Positions 8,383 through 18,493 are shown, numbered from the stretch's first letter. The stretch: DNA of 50,683 nt from an uncultured Ruminococcus sp. (GCA_905235295.1 CAJOLF010000008.1:1-50683); one strand, 5' to 3'. Translations and numbers: made by a program. The notes: generated from the sequence alone by a model not told the origin.

Positions 8383-9225
8383 TTAAGCCTTGCGATAAGC
8401 CGAAGGAGTTTTTCCAAAGTGCATTTTGAACGCGCGGTTAAAATTGGAAAGGTTGTTAAATCCGGAAATCGAAGCGATTTCAATGATCGGTTTGTCGGTA
8501 GTAACAAGCAGCATAGCCGCGCGGTTAAGCCTGAGCTCGTTAACATAGCCGACAAAAGTTGTGCTCATAAGCTCCTTGAACAGGTGCGAAACATAGTAGC
8601 GGCTGATGCCTGTTTGGCTCGCGACCTCGTCAAGCGAAACGCCCTCGGCGTAATGCTCGTCAATGTAGTTGGTAACCCTGACAAGCGCGCGGTACTTTTT
8701 GCTTTTGTTTTCAACATCAATAATTTTAATGTATTTGCCGGAGAAAAGCGTGAAGAATATCCAGTACATATCGGAGTAAACCATAAGCTGGAAGAACTCG
8801 TACTTTTCAGTTTCGGCGGCTTTAATATCGCTGATTTTCTCAAGCATCTGAGCATAAACGCTGTCGTCGGTGGTAACCTTGGCAAAGGGCGTGCAGTTGC
8901 CGTTAATCAGCGCTCTGATAATGCTTTGAGGCATATAGTCCTGCGTAACCGCCGAAGGGTTTGCGAAGTTTAGCGTAATAACGTCAATGACCACGCCGCT
9001 GTATTCGCTCAGCTGGTATTTAACGTTTGGAGCGATAAAGAATATATCGCTTTCATTGAGCTGCTGGCTGCTGTCCGGAAGCGTAATGACCGCCGAGCCG
9101 GATTTTACTATTCCGAAAACAGCCTCGCTATGAGAAACCGTGCTGTTGTCCGGAATAATCTCTCCGCATACTACTCTGAATGCCGAGTTGGAAACAGATG
9201 TTGGGTGTGAAATTTTAATACTCAT
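8383..9225 (-). CDS. AraC-family transcriptional regulator
   Basis: N-terminal cupin-like domain and C-terminal double HTH ending SGFNNLSNFNRAFK...TPSAYRK. Confidence 0.93.
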   Translation of the reverse strand: MSIKISHPTSVSNSAFRVVCGEIIPDNSTVSHSEAVFGIVKSGSAVITLPDSSQQLNESDIFFIAPNVKYQLSEYSGVVIDVITLNFANPSAVTQDYMPQSIIRALINGNCTPFAKVTTDDSVYAQMLEKISDIKAAETEKYEFFQLMVYSDMYWIFFTLFSGKYIKIIDVENKSKKYRALVRVTNYIDEHYAEGVSLDEVASQTGISRYYVSHLFKELMSTTFVGYVNELRLNRAAMLLVTTDKPIIEIASISGFNNLSNFNRAFKMHFGKTPSAYRKA

Positions 9226-9362
9226 AAGAAATCCCCCGATGTTGGAAAAATATACACACATACGACTTTGTTATGTACATTCTAACATAAATGTTCTGTT
9301 TTGTCAATGATATATTGCGTATTATATGAAATTTTGTCAAAGAATTTTCTTATAGGAGAAAA

Positions 9363-10358
9363 TCAGTCGATATATTGTAAAATTTTGTCTTTAAACTCCG
9401 TTGCCGCTTTTTGGGGAGACAGAATTTTAACTCCTCCGTCAAGCCCGAATACCCACGCGTAAAACTGCGGACTGAGCATAACGTTCACCGTAACGGTAAA
9501 ATTATCCTCATCATATCTGACGATATATACGTCGTCTCCGAAGCGGTCGGCAATAACCCCGATAAGCTCGTTTTTTACCAGCAGCTTAACCTCGCACTCC
9601 TCGCCGCCGAACATAGAAAACACGCTTTTTGCGTACTTTGCGGGGTTGAAGTCCCTGTACTTTTCGTTTCCGGCGCGCTCGTCGTCAAGCAGGCGGATTT
9701 GCTCCATTTTGTCAACGCGGTAATGCTTGATAATTTCCGACTCGCTGTCGTAGGCTATAAGGTAGTAGTTTTCGTCGTCCCAGCACAGTGCCCACGGAGA
9801 AACAACGTAAGCCTTTCCGTCCCTGCGCGGAGTTTTGATAATTTTCGCTCCGTTTGAAAAGTCCAAATCCCACTTAAAGTATTGAAAGCTGATTTGCTTA
9901 TTCAGGGAAATCGAGTTGTGGATTTTGTCAACATTATAGTAAATGTGCTCGTTGACGGTTTTTACCCTGTTGGTAACATACACCTCTCGCTGAAGCTGGC
10001 TGCTCTCGTTCTCGCTGACAAGGTGACCGAGCTTTTCAATCAGCTCAAGGCTTTTTTTGCGGGTAATAAACTTTGAGCTCTGAATCGCGTCAACCAAAAG
10101 CTTCAGCTCCGGAATCTGAAAATCGCGGTTGCCGATATAGTACCTCACGGTGCTGGTTCGCAGCGTGCAAATATCAAGCCCGAAGGTCTGCAGAATTTCA
10201 AGGTCGTCATACAGGCTTTTGCGCTCCGCCTTAATTCCGTAGCGTTCAAGCTCCTCCTTAATTTCGTTTATGGTAAGCCCGTGGCTTTCGTCGGTTTTTT
10301 CAAGCAGGATTTTTTGAAGATAAAGCAGCTTTTGCTTTTGCATTGAGCTTCGAGCCAT
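9363..10358 (-). CDS. WYL-domain transcriptional regulator (wHTH-WYL-WCX)
   Basis: ERKSLYDDL HTH, SPWALCWDDENYYLIAY and YRVDKM WYL motifs, C-terminal FYAWVFGL...ILSP. Confidence 0.92.
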   Translation of the reverse strand: MARSSMQKQKLLYLQKILLEKTDESHGLTINEIKEELERYGIKAERKSLYDDLEILQTFGLDICTLRTSTVRYYIGNRDFQIPELKLLVDAIQSSKFITRKKSLELIEKLGHLVSENESSQLQREVYVTNRVKTVNEHIYYNVDKIHNSISLNKQISFQYFKWDLDFSNGAKIIKTPRRDGKAYVVSPWALCWDDENYYLIAYDSESEIIKHYRVDKMEQIRLLDDERAGNEKYRDFNPAKYAKSVFSMFGGEECEVKLLVKNELIGVIADRFGDDVYIVRYDEDNFTVTVNVMLSPQFYAWVFGLDGGVKILSPQKAATEFKDKILQYID

Positions 10359-10372
10359 AATTTAACTCCTCT

Positions 10373-11320
10373 CTAAAAAATAACGGTCCAGGCAAGCGAC
10401 ACAACAAGCGGCATTGTGACAATCGAAAGCAGCGTGGAAGCCGCCACAATGCTCACGGAAAGCTCTACATCCCTGTCAAATTTAGCGGAAAACATAGTGG
10501 TGGTCGCGGCGGTTGGAGCCGAACAGGCGATTACAAAGGCGATTACCATGGTTTTGTCAAGCCCGAGCGGCGCCGTTGCAAAGGTTACGGCAAGCGGAAT
10601 TACGGCAAGCCTCAGCGCCATAGCTACGTAAGCGCTCAAGTCGGTAAACGCGTTTTTGAGCTTCGCGGTCGAAAGGTAGTAGCCGATAATCAGCATAGGA
10701 ACAGGCGTGTTCAGGTTCGCGAGCAGGTTAATCGGCTGAGAAATAATTTCGGGCAGGTGAATACGGAATACGAACAGAAGCACGGCGGTAACCGCGCCGA
10801 CGATTCCGGGGTTAAAGGCAAGCTTTTTGATTGAAAGCTGCTTTTTGTCGCCGCTCATATCGACAAGACCGTAGGTCCAGACAACGATGTTGAACACCGC
10901 GACAAAAATCGAGCCGTAAAACCAGCCGTCGTCGCCCAGCAGCTCCTTTTGAAGCGGAAGAGACATAAATCCGCAGTTGGAAAAAACCACCGCAAACTGC
11001 AAAACCTTTTTGCGGTTAATATCCTTTTGGTGAAAAACAAGCTTGACAATCAGAATCGACGCCGTGAATATCACCGCGGCAACGGCAGCGGCAATGAGCA
11101 CATTTACAAGCATTTCAGGTGAAAATTCCTTTTGAAACGCCGAAATCATAACGCACGGCGTAACTATGTATAAAACAATGTCGGTCATCTTTTTGGCGGC
11201 GACGTCGTTAATGATATTCTTTTTTCCGCATAAAAAACCGATACCGATTAAAATAAACAGAACCAGTACCTGATTTCCGATTGATAAAAAGTTAGTAAAA
11301 AACACAGCCCACAACCCCAT
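10373..11320 (-). CDS. AEC (auxin efflux carrier)-family transporter
   Basis: About 10 TM segments with FSNCGFMSLP, FNPG, PVPMLIIG and APTA motifs. Start codon uncertain. Confidence 0.9.
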   Translation of the reverse strand: MGLWAVFFTNFLSIGNQVLVLFILIGIGFLCGKKNIINDVAAKKMTDIVLYIVTPCVMISAFQKEFSPEMLVNVLIAAAVAAVIFTASILIVKLVFHQKDINRKKVLQFAVVFSNCGFMSLPLQKELLGDDGWFYGSIFVAVFNIVVWTYGLVDMSGDKKQLSIKKLAFNPGIVGAVTAVLLFVFRIHLPEIISQPINLLANLNTPVPMLIIGYYLSTAKLKNAFTDLSAYVAMALRLAVIPLAVTFATAPLGLDKTMVIAFVIACSAPTAATTTMFSAKFDRDVELSVSIVAASTLLSIVTMPLVVSLAWTVIF

Positions 11321-11554
11321 TATTATACTCTGTTATTTTAGCATAATAAAATGAATTTGACAACAGACGGAACAGAAAATATGCCGTATCAGCGCTTTTT
11401 CGGGCACAATTATGTATAAATTTTTTAATAATTTTGTATGCTCAAAACCGTGATTTTAAGCTGTCAAGACGCTATTATCTACAAAATATGCAGGGATTTA
11501 TTGTGAAATTTAACCAACTGAAAATTGAAAATTCTAAAAATATGTACTAACCGA

Positions 11555-11602
11555 CAAAAATAATTTGTGTTTATTGACAATTATTTTTGGTGTATGTATA
11601 AT
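11555..11602 (+). promoter_or_regulatory. Consensus sigma-A promoter straddled by an 11-bp inverted repeat
   Basis: TTGACA (11574-79), 17 bp, TATAAT (11597-602). CAAAAATAATT (11555-65) pairs with AATTATTTTTG (11579-89). Confidence 0.75.
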
Positions 11603-11666
11603 AATTACGCTGGCAAAAGACAAACACTAAAAAATATATATTAAGATTATGAAAGAAGGATTTTTG

Positions 11667-12044
11667 ATGGCAACAACAAAGAAGGCGGCTGCTAAGACAG
11701 CTGAGAAGGAAACAAAGACAGCTGCTAAGACAACAACAAAGACTGCCGCTAAGGCAACAACAAAGACCGCGGCTAAGACAGAGAAGAAGGCTCCTGCCAA
11801 GAAGGCTCCCGCAAAGAAGACAGCTGCTAAAAAGACAACTGCTAAAAAGGCTGCTGAGGCTAAGGTTGACTTTTTCGTAGAGTTCGGCGGCGTTCAGGTA
11901 TCTATCGAGGATGTTGTTAACAACGTTAAGGCGACATACGGCAAGGACGCTAAGGAAATCTCCGTATATCTCAAGCCCGAAGAGAGCAAGGCTTACTTTG
12001 TAGCTGACGGCGAAGAGATGGAAATGGACGTTTTCTTCTGCTAA
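11667..12044 (+). CDS. DUF6465-like protein with Lys/Ala/Thr-rich histone-like N-terminus
   Basis: TAAK/PAKK repeats followed by VYLKPEESKAYFV. ATG at 11667 follows AAGGA. Confidence 0.8.
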   Translation: MATTKKAAAKTAEKETKTAAKTTTKTAAKATTKTAAKTEKKAPAKKAPAKKTAAKKTTAKKAAEAKVDFFVEFGGVQVSIEDVVNNVKATYGKDAKEISVYLKPEESKAYFVADGEEMEMDVFFC

Positions 12045-12069
12045 TTTCCGACTCCACACAATTTCAATT

Positions 12070-12102
12070 AAAAAAGGCTGTTGCGCTTGCAACAGCCTTT
12101 TT
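12070..12102. terminator. Bidirectional intrinsic terminator
   Basis: AAAAAAGGCTGTTGC-GCTT-GCAACAGCCTTTTT. Confidence 0.85.
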
Positions 12103-12196
12103 GGTTTATTAATATTATTTACTTTTGATTAGCCGATGTTTGTGCAGGCGTTGCCCACAATACCGTTGTTTCTGTATTTGAAATTAACGGTTGTCA

Positions 12197-12436
12197 TCAC
12201 TTGTTGACAATGTACATACCATTGTAGTATTTTGAATTGCTGGTGTTTCCCCATTCTTTGGCGAGCTTGTCGCCAAAACCGTTACCGTACTCAACGAATA
12301 CGTTTTGACCTCTGCTTGCGTTATCAGTGAACTTGCAGTTCTTGATAACATTGTGGTTGTTGATGTGGAATACACGGATTGCGCCGCCTACGTGGTCTGC
12401 CCTGTTGCCTTCAAATGTGCAGTTGGTGATATTATT
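12197..12436 (-). pseudogene. Start-less C-terminal fragment of a right-handed beta-helix (Pmp-like GGAI/FxxN repeat) protein
   Basis: Manual translation NNITNCTFEGNRADHVGGAIRVFHINNHNVIKNCKFTDNASRGQNVFVEYG...MYIVNK*. In-frame TAA immediately upstream and no start codon at the 5' end. Confidence 0.7.
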
Positions 12437-12518
12437 TTAAGTTTTTTACTGAGTAAAACTGTTCCGTTTTCAGACAAAAACAGGGCAGGCAATCGCCTGC
12501 CCTATATATTTGCATTAA

Positions 12519-13202
12519 TTAAAACAGCTCGCCCTCGGGGAATTCCTCGTCAGCAGCGTCCTTAACGGCGTCTTGAATGTCGTCGTCTGCCTTTTTAGCC
12601 TTACTGCCGGAGGATTTCTTTTTCTTGGCTGCAGTTTCTTTAACTTCGTCAGCTTTTTCCTCCGCGGCTTCCTTAATCTCGTCAACCTTTTCTTCCGCGG
12701 CTTCCTTAACCTCGTCGACCTTTTCTTCCACGGCTTCCGTGACCTCGTTTGCCGTTTCCTTTACAGCTTCCCCGGCTTGGGAAAAGGGGCTGGATTGATA
12801 ATCGCTTTCGTTTGAGCACGCAACCGTGATGTCAACAACATTCTCGCGGCGAACATTTGCCCTTTCGGCAGGATCGGAATCCTTATAATCCTGTTTATCC
12901 TCAAGTATTCTTAGGTAGCAAATCCTTGCTTTCGCGATTTTTGCCTTGCAGTTGTCAATCACCTCAACCAGCTTTTCCGGTTTTTCGGTGGGCTGCGCGT
13001 CTCCCTTTTTAAGAATAGCGTAGTATTCCTTGCCAAGCACGATGTAGGCGCGGTTCATAAGCTCGCTTTCGCTTTTCATTTTCATTCTGATTCTGTTAAG
13101 CTTTGCTTTTTTTCTGTTTTTTTCAACAAGGTCCTGAGCAACGCAGGATAATGTATTGACCGCGGCGTCTAAAGCGTCTTTTGCTGTATTTAAGAATGTC
13201 AT
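12519..13202 (-). CDS. Hypothetical protein with 11-residue EEKVDEVKEAA repeats
   Basis: 227-aa ORF with AAGGAG RBS, coiled-coil N-terminus and acidic repeated C-terminus. Confidence 0.75.
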   Translation of the reverse strand: MTFLNTAKDALDAAVNTLSCVAQDLVEKNRKKAKLNRIRMKMKSESELMNRAYIVLGKEYYAILKKGDAQPTEKPEKLVEVIDNCKAKIAKARICYLRILEDKQDYKDSDPAERANVRRENVVDITVACSNESDYQSSPFSQAGEAVKETANEVTEAVEEKVDEVKEAAEEKVDEIKEAAEEKADEVKETAAKKKKSSGSKAKKADDDIQDAVKDAADEEFPEGELF

Positions 13203-13329
13203 AGCAATTCTCCTTAATATATATTTTATATTATTATGACAGATATTTATAATAAAATCAACATTTTTTTGAAAATTACTTGTGAAAATCGAGACTAATT
13301 GATATAATTGTTATGAAAGAGGTGTTAAT

Positions 13330-14028
13330 ATGCCTGACAACAAGGTAAACAAAGCGGTAGTCTGCCCGATGTGCGGCGAGATGAGCAAGGCCGAAATATA
13401 CACAAGCGTTAACGTTACAACAAACAAGGATTTCAGGTCAAGGGTGCTCGACGGCGATTTGTTCGCGTGGAGCTGTCCATCCTGCGGCTACAGCGCGAGG
13501 CTGACATACCCGATTTTATACAACGATATGAAAAACAGGTTTATGGTTTACCTGATTCCGAAAATCGAAAGGTTCCAGCTCTGCGACAAGGAGCTTGAGG
13601 CTAAGTACAGCAACCTCCGCAACATCAACAAGCGCGTCGTGCCTGATTTCAACTCGTTCAAGGAAAAGATTTTTATTTTTGAGTCCGGGCTTGACGATAT
13701 GGCGGTAGAGCTGACAAAGGTCGCAATCAGCCAGACGGTGTCAAAAAAGCTCGATAACGTCGCGGTTGAGGAAGGTTATCTTTCAATGTACGACCGCGAG
13801 AGCAACACAATGGGCTTTACTTACTTCACGGGCGAGGAGCGCACGCCCTATGTTCAGACCGCGAGGCTCGAAATCTACGGCAAGTCGAAAGAGATTGTCG
13901 AGCGCTTCGCGATTAAGGACAAAAAGCTCAAGGGCTTCATAAAAATCGACCGCGAATGGGCGGACAATATCCTTTACCGCTACAAGCGCGCGAAGCAGAT
14001 TGAAAAATTAAATAAACTCAAGGAATGA
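13330..14028 (+). CDS. CpXC-domain protein
   Basis: CPMCG...CPSCG pair followed by YPILYND, and EKIFIFESGLDD. GAGGTG RBS. Confidence 0.8.
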   Translation: MPDNKVNKAVVCPMCGEMSKAEIYTSVNVTTNKDFRSRVLDGDLFAWSCPSCGYSARLTYPILYNDMKNRFMVYLIPKIERFQLCDKELEAKYSNLRNINKRVVPDFNSFKEKIFIFESGLDDMAVELTKVAISQTVSKKLDNVAVEEGYLSMYDRESNTMGFTYFTGEERTPYVQTARLEIYGKSKEIVERFAIKDKKLKGFIKIDREWADNILYRYKRAKQIEKLNKLKE

Positions 14029-14074
14029 AGTTTGATTTTTGCGCGGGCGGGCGTTGCCTGCCCTTTAAATTTGC

Positions 14075-14107
14075 AGGCAATACCGCAAATTTTTGTGTGC
14101 GGATTGC
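14075..14107. repeat. 33-bp imperfect palindromic repeat, copy 2 (family D)
   Basis: Identical to 568-600; lies between convergent genes. Confidence 0.9.
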
Positions 14108-14770
14108 TTATGTAAATGCCTTTATTTTCGCTTCCTGATAGCGGTAATAATAAATAACGGCAATCATAACCGCAATCAGGCAAAACCAAATGCTGTGAAC
14201 GCCGAACGCGAGGCTCAAAAGGCAGCTTGCCGCGACTCCGATGTGGAAGAACAGCAGCGTTGCCCAGTAAAACCTGGCGTTTTTGAGGGCTTTTTTGTCC
14301 TTGTCCATAAAATATTTTGTGAGCAGCACTACCGCCTGGCGGACATTGTTTGATGAAAAAATTGTTGAGCAGGAGTTCCCGCCGGCGGTCTTAAACGCGT
14401 TCCACTGAATCGGCGCGATAAAGAAAATCGGCATAACCGACAGGTAGCTGTTGCCCATAAAGTTGATTAATCCAACCAGCACAATTCCGAGCGAGGTCGC
14501 GATAAAGCTCACTATCTTCATACTGATTTTGAGCTTTTCTCTTGCGACGGCATAGAACGCGTTGCCGAGTATGTACAGCAAAAAGTAGGAAATTAAGAAC
14601 CCGACGCTCTCAAGCTGCAGCGAGCAAACGCTTAAAACAAGCTTAATAAGGTTGCCTGTTTGGGCGTTCGCGAAAATTTCGAGGTGGTTAAAAATTGTGT
14701 AGCCGCCCAAAAATCCGCCGATAACGCTGACGGCGTGGTGCAGCTCCATCTGCCTTTTTACAATCGTCAT
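14108..14770 (-). CDS. YoaK/DUF1275-family membrane protein
   Basis: GGFLGGY...FANAQTGN motif, Q...F...STIFSSNN and multiple TM helices. Confidence 0.85.
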   Translation of the reverse strand: MTIVKRQMELHHAVSVIGGFLGGYTIFNHLEIFANAQTGNLIKLVLSVCSLQLESVGFLISYFLLYILGNAFYAVAREKLKISMKIVSFIATSLGIVLVGLINFMGNSYLSVMPIFFIAPIQWNAFKTAGGNSCSTIFSSNNVRQAVVLLTKYFMDKDKKALKNARFYWATLLFFHIGVAASCLLSLAFGVHSIWFCLIAVMIAVIYYYRYQEAKIKAFT

Positions 14771-14841
14771 TTTATTTACCCGTTTCCAATCCTAAATTCA
14801 GGGCAGCCCGTTCGGACTGCCCTTTGGTTTTCAGTGTTTAA

Positions 14842-16221
14842 TTATCTGTCGGCAAGACTTGTGTACTCCCTTGGGTTCGAGATACTCATATAAGCCGGAC
14901 GGATAATCTTTCCGGTGTTAACCAGTTCCTCAAGTCTGTGCGCGCTCCAGCCGGCAATACGGGCTGTGGCGAACAGCGGAGTATAAAGCTCGCAGGGAAT
15001 GTTGAGCATACTGTACAGCAAACCGCTGTAAAAATCAACGTTTGAGGCGACGCCCTTGTAAATTTTCCTCTTTTTGCCGATGACCTCGGGCGCTAACCGC
15101 TCAACGCGCTCGTAAAGCTTAAATTCCTTAGAATATCCCTCGGCGTCGGCAAGCTGACGAACAGCACCCTTCAGTATCTTCTGCCTCGGGTCTGAGATTG
15201 TATATACAGCGTGCCCCATACCGTAAATCAAGCCCTTGCGGTCGAACGCCTGCTTGTCGAGCAGCTTTTCAAGATAACCCTCAATCTGCTCGTCGTCGTC
15301 CCAGTCGGTCAGGTTCTTTTTCATATCCTCGAACATCTCGTAAACCTTGACGTTAGCGCCGCCGTGCTTAGGACCTTTAAGGGAAGACAGCGCCGCCGCG
15401 ATAGCGGAATACGTGTCGGTTCCCGAGGAGGTTACAACGTGAGTAGTAAAGGTAGAGTTGTTACCGCCGCCGTGCTCCATGTGGAGAATCAGCGCCATAT
15501 CAAGAACCTTTGCCTCAAGGTCGGTGTACTTTCTGTCAGGTCTTAAAAGCGAGAGAATAACCTCGGCGGTAGACATCGACGGCTCGGGCAGGTGGATATA
15601 CAGGCTATTGTCGCGCAGATAATGGTTGTACGCGTGGTATCCGTAAACCGTCAGCATCGGGAACACCGATATAAGCTGAATGGATTGCCTGAGCACGTTG
15701 TTCAGAGAGGTGTCGTTGGGATTTTTGTCGTAGCAAAACAGGGTGAGCACACTGCGCGCGATTGAGTTCATCATATCCTCGCTCGGCGCTTTAAGGATAA
15801 CGTCGCGCACAAAGTTCTGCGGCAGCGTTCTGTACTGTATAAGCAAAGACTTAAAGTTTTTCAGTTCGTCGCGCGTCGGCATCTCGCCGAACAAAAGCAG
15901 ATACACAACCTCCTCAAAGCCAAAGCGGTTGTCCTTCGTAATTCCGTCAATAATGTCGTTTACGTTGTAGCCTCTGTAATAAAGCTCACCCTCGCAGGGA
16001 ACCAGCTTTCCGTCAACCAGCTTGTTTTGCTTGATTGTGGAAATATCGGTCAGACCGGTCAAAACACCCCTGCCGTCAATGTCGCGCAGACCTCGCTTTA
16101 CGTCATATTTACTGTAAAGACTCGGGTCAATTACGGAGCGCTCCGCCATTTTTTCCGCGAGACTGTCAATTACGGGAGTATTGTCGGAGTAGTCCCATAC
16201 AGTATTTTCCAATATGCTCAC
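14842..16221 (-). CDS. gltA: Citrate synthase (citrate/2-methylcitrate synthase family)
   Basis: LYYRGY, LHMEHGGGNNSTFT, GPKHGGAN, GMGHAVY, NVDFYSG and IIRP motifs. Confidence 0.93.
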   Translation of the reverse strand: MSILENTVWDYSDNTPVIDSLAEKMAERSVIDPSLYSKYDVKRGLRDIDGRGVLTGLTDISTIKQNKLVDGKLVPCEGELYYRGYNVNDIIDGITKDNRFGFEEVVYLLLFGEMPTRDELKNFKSLLIQYRTLPQNFVRDVILKAPSEDMMNSIARSVLTLFCYDKNPNDTSLNNVLRQSIQLISVFPMLTVYGYHAYNHYLRDNSLYIHLPEPSMSTAEVILSLLRPDRKYTDLEAKVLDMALILHMEHGGGNNSTFTTHVVTSSGTDTYSAIAAALSSLKGPKHGGANVKVYEMFEDMKKNLTDWDDDEQIEGYLEKLLDKQAFDRKGLIYGMGHAVYTISDPRQKILKGAVRQLADAEGYSKEFKLYERVERLAPEVIGKKRKIYKGVASNVDFYSGLLYSMLNIPCELYTPLFATARIAGWSAHRLEELVNTGKIIRPAYMSISNPREYTSLADR

Positions 16222-16331
16222 TTCCTTTCGTGTAATTCAAATTATTAAATAAGAAAATTATTATACCATATTTTAGAAAATAAATCAATATTCCGCTCAA
16301 TAAAAGTGAAATATTGCAAAAATTCAGAAAT

Positions 16332-16859
16332 TTATTGCGCGGATTTACCGGCGCGTTTTAATACGCTCACAATTTCGCTTACATACATCCTGTGCCAGTC
16401 GTTCTCGCCGTAGTTTTTGAGCACCGCGTCACCGTCAATAACGCTTTCCCTGTTCAAGTCCTGAGCGTAAAGCTTTTTGCATACCAAAACAAGCCTTGCC
16501 TGCTCAAAGTACGGCGCGCCTTCGTCGGAAAACGCGGGCGTCAGTCCTGCTTGGGCAACCTTGTCAATGTCGCGTCCGCTTTTGGAACCGCAAAGGCTGA
16601 GAGCGCCGCGGCAGCTTTCGTCAAAGAAGCCGATTGTAAAATATCCGTTTTCTTCAAGGAACTCATAGGTGTACCTCTGCGGACGGATAAAGGTGTAGGC
16701 AACGGGCTTGTTCCAAATAATTCCCACGCCGCCCCAGCTTATAGTCATCGTGTTAAAGCTGTCGGCGGTTCCCGCGGTAACAAGTCCCCAGTCCTTTCCG
16801 ATAAGCTTAAACGGGTTGTCCGAAATCTCCTCGGGTTTAATTTTAATAAAATCTGACAT
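16332..16859 (-). CDS. Flavin reductase-like FMN-binding protein
   Basis: NTMTISWGG, RPQRYT, CGSKSGRDIDK and WHRMY. ATG at 16859 follows AGGAG. Confidence 0.85.
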   Translation of the reverse strand: MSDFIKIKPEEISDNPFKLIGKDWGLVTAGTADSFNTMTISWGGVGIIWNKPVAYTFIRPQRYTYEFLEENGYFTIGFFDESCRGALSLCGSKSGRDIDKVAQAGLTPAFSDEGAPYFEQARLVLVCKKLYAQDLNRESVIDGDAVLKNYGENDWHRMYVSEIVSVLKRAGKSAQ

Positions 16860-17113
16860 ATCAAAAACTCCTTTAAACATTTATATGCTCTGCTTTATAA
16901 AAATATTATAACAGAAAATTGAATATTATTCAATATAACACCGCAAAATATTCATTATTATGTATAAAAACGCATTGAAAATGAATGTTAAAGAGAAAAA
17001 TTAAAAATAATTTTCATTTTTCAACGCCGCTTCTTAAAAATATTACGCTTGATTTTATGCTTAATAAGCTAATTTCCGGCAAAAGCGGCGCAGAATTTGT
17101 GCAAAGGTTAAAA

Positions 17114-17165
17114 TTTGCATAAATATTCAAAAAACTCTTGATTTTTAAAAAACACGTAGTATAAT
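17114..17165 (+). promoter_or_regulatory. arg operon promoter with ArgR (ARG) box
   Basis: TTTGCATAAATATTCAAA (17114-31) matches the ARG box. TTGATT (17138-43), 16 bp, TATAAT (17160-65). A weaker box lies near 16959-16976. Confidence 0.7.
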
Positions 17166-17199
17166 GTAATAGAAACATAAATTTTTCGGAGGAATTATT

Positions 17200-18423
17200 A
17201 TGGCTGACAATAAAATCAAAAAGGTAGTTTTAGCATACTCGGGCGGTCTTGACACGTCCATCATCATCCCTTGGCTCAAGGAAAATTACGACAACTGCGA
17301 GGTTATCGCGGTTTCGGGCAACGTAGGTCAGGGCACCGAGCTTGACGGTCTTGAGGAAAAGGCAATCAAAACAGGAGCCTCAAAGCTCTATATCGAGGAT
17401 CTCAACAAGGAATTTGTTGAGGATTATGTTTTCCCGACGGTAAAGGCGGGAGCCGTTTATGAGGGCAAGTACCTTCTCGGCACATCCTTCGCGCGTCCGA
17501 TTATCGCGAAAAGACTTGTGGAAATCTCCAAGGCTGAGGGCGCCGACGCAATTTGCCACGGCTGCACGGGCAAGGGCAACGACCAGGTTCGCTTTGAGCT
17601 CGCGATCAAGGCTTACGCTCCTGATATGAAGATTATCGCTCCGTGGAGGACATGGGAATTCAAGTCCCGTGAGGAGGAAATCGCTTACGCCGAGGCAAAG
17701 AACATTCCGCTCAAGATAAACAGAGAAACCAACTATTCAAAGGATAAAAACCTCTGGCACCTCAGCCACGAGGGACTTGACCTTGAGGATCCCGCGAATG
17801 AGCCGATGTACAACAAGGAGGGCTTCCTTGAATTGGGAGTATCTCCCGAGCAGGCTCCCGACAAGCCCGAGTACGTAACGCTCAGCTTTGAAAAGGGAAT
17901 CCCCGTAAAGCTCAACGGCGAGCCTGTAGGCTCGGTAGAGCTGATTGAAAAGCTCAACGAAATCGGCGGACGCAACGGCGTCGGCATTACCGATATAGTA
18001 GAAAACCGCCTTGTAGGTATGAAGGCTCGCGGAGTTTACGAAACCCCCGGCGGAACAATCCTCTATGCCGCTCACGACAAGCTCGAGGAAATCTGCCTTG
18101 ACAAGGACACCCTCCACTACAAGAAGAACCTTGCCAACACCTTTGCGGATTTGGTTTACGACGGCAAGTGGTACACACCTCTGCGCGAGGCTATGTCGGC
18201 ATTCGTTGACAGCACTCAGGAGTATGTAACAGGCGACGTAAAGCTCAAGCTCTACAAGGGCAACATCATCGACGCAGGCGTTACAAGCCCCTATTCGCTC
18301 TATGACGAGGAAATCGCGACCTTTGACGAGGACGAGGTTTACGACCAGAACGACAGCGCAGGCTTCATCAACCTCTTCGGACTTCCGATCAAGGTTCGCG
18401 CGAAAAAAGGTCTTATAAAATAA
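17200..18423 (+). CDS. argG: Argininosuccinate synthase
   Basis: [23 protein letters not shown] and RGVYETPGG. Confidence 0.98.
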   Translation: MADNKIKKVVLAYSGGLDTSIIIPWLKENYDNCEVIAVSGNVGQGTELDGLEEKAIKTGASKLYIEDLNKEFVEDYVFPTVKAGAVYEGKYLLGTSFARPIIAKRLVEISKAEGADAICHGCTGKGNDQVRFELAIKAYAPDMKIIAPWRTWEFKSREEEIAYAEAKNIPLKINRETNYSKDKNLWHLSHEGLDLEDPANEPMYNKEGFLELGVSPEQAPDKPEYVTLSFEKGIPVKLNGEPVGSVELIEKLNEIGGRNGVGITDIVENRLVGMKARGVYETPGGTILYAAHDKLEEICLDKDTLHYKKNLANTFADLVYDGKWYTPLREAMSAFVDSTQEYVTGDVKLKLYKGNIIDAGVTSPYSLYDEEIATFDEDEVYDQNDSAGFINLFGLPIKVRAKKGLIK

Positions 18424-18493
18424 TTTATTAAAATTTACGCTCGGGCAGGGTGAAATACCCCTGCCCATAAAGTGTTTTTATGAGGTAGTAATT

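Noticed and set aside
12184-12375. 63-aa Thr/Ser-rich ORF in the track
   Set aside because: Alternate frame of the beta-helix fragment, which has recognisable motifs.
12482-18467. GGGCAG...CTGCCC hairpins at about 12482, 14045, 14800 and 18443 as a repeat family
   Set aside because: The shared stem is only 6 bp with unrelated loops; ordinary terminator-like hairpins explain them.
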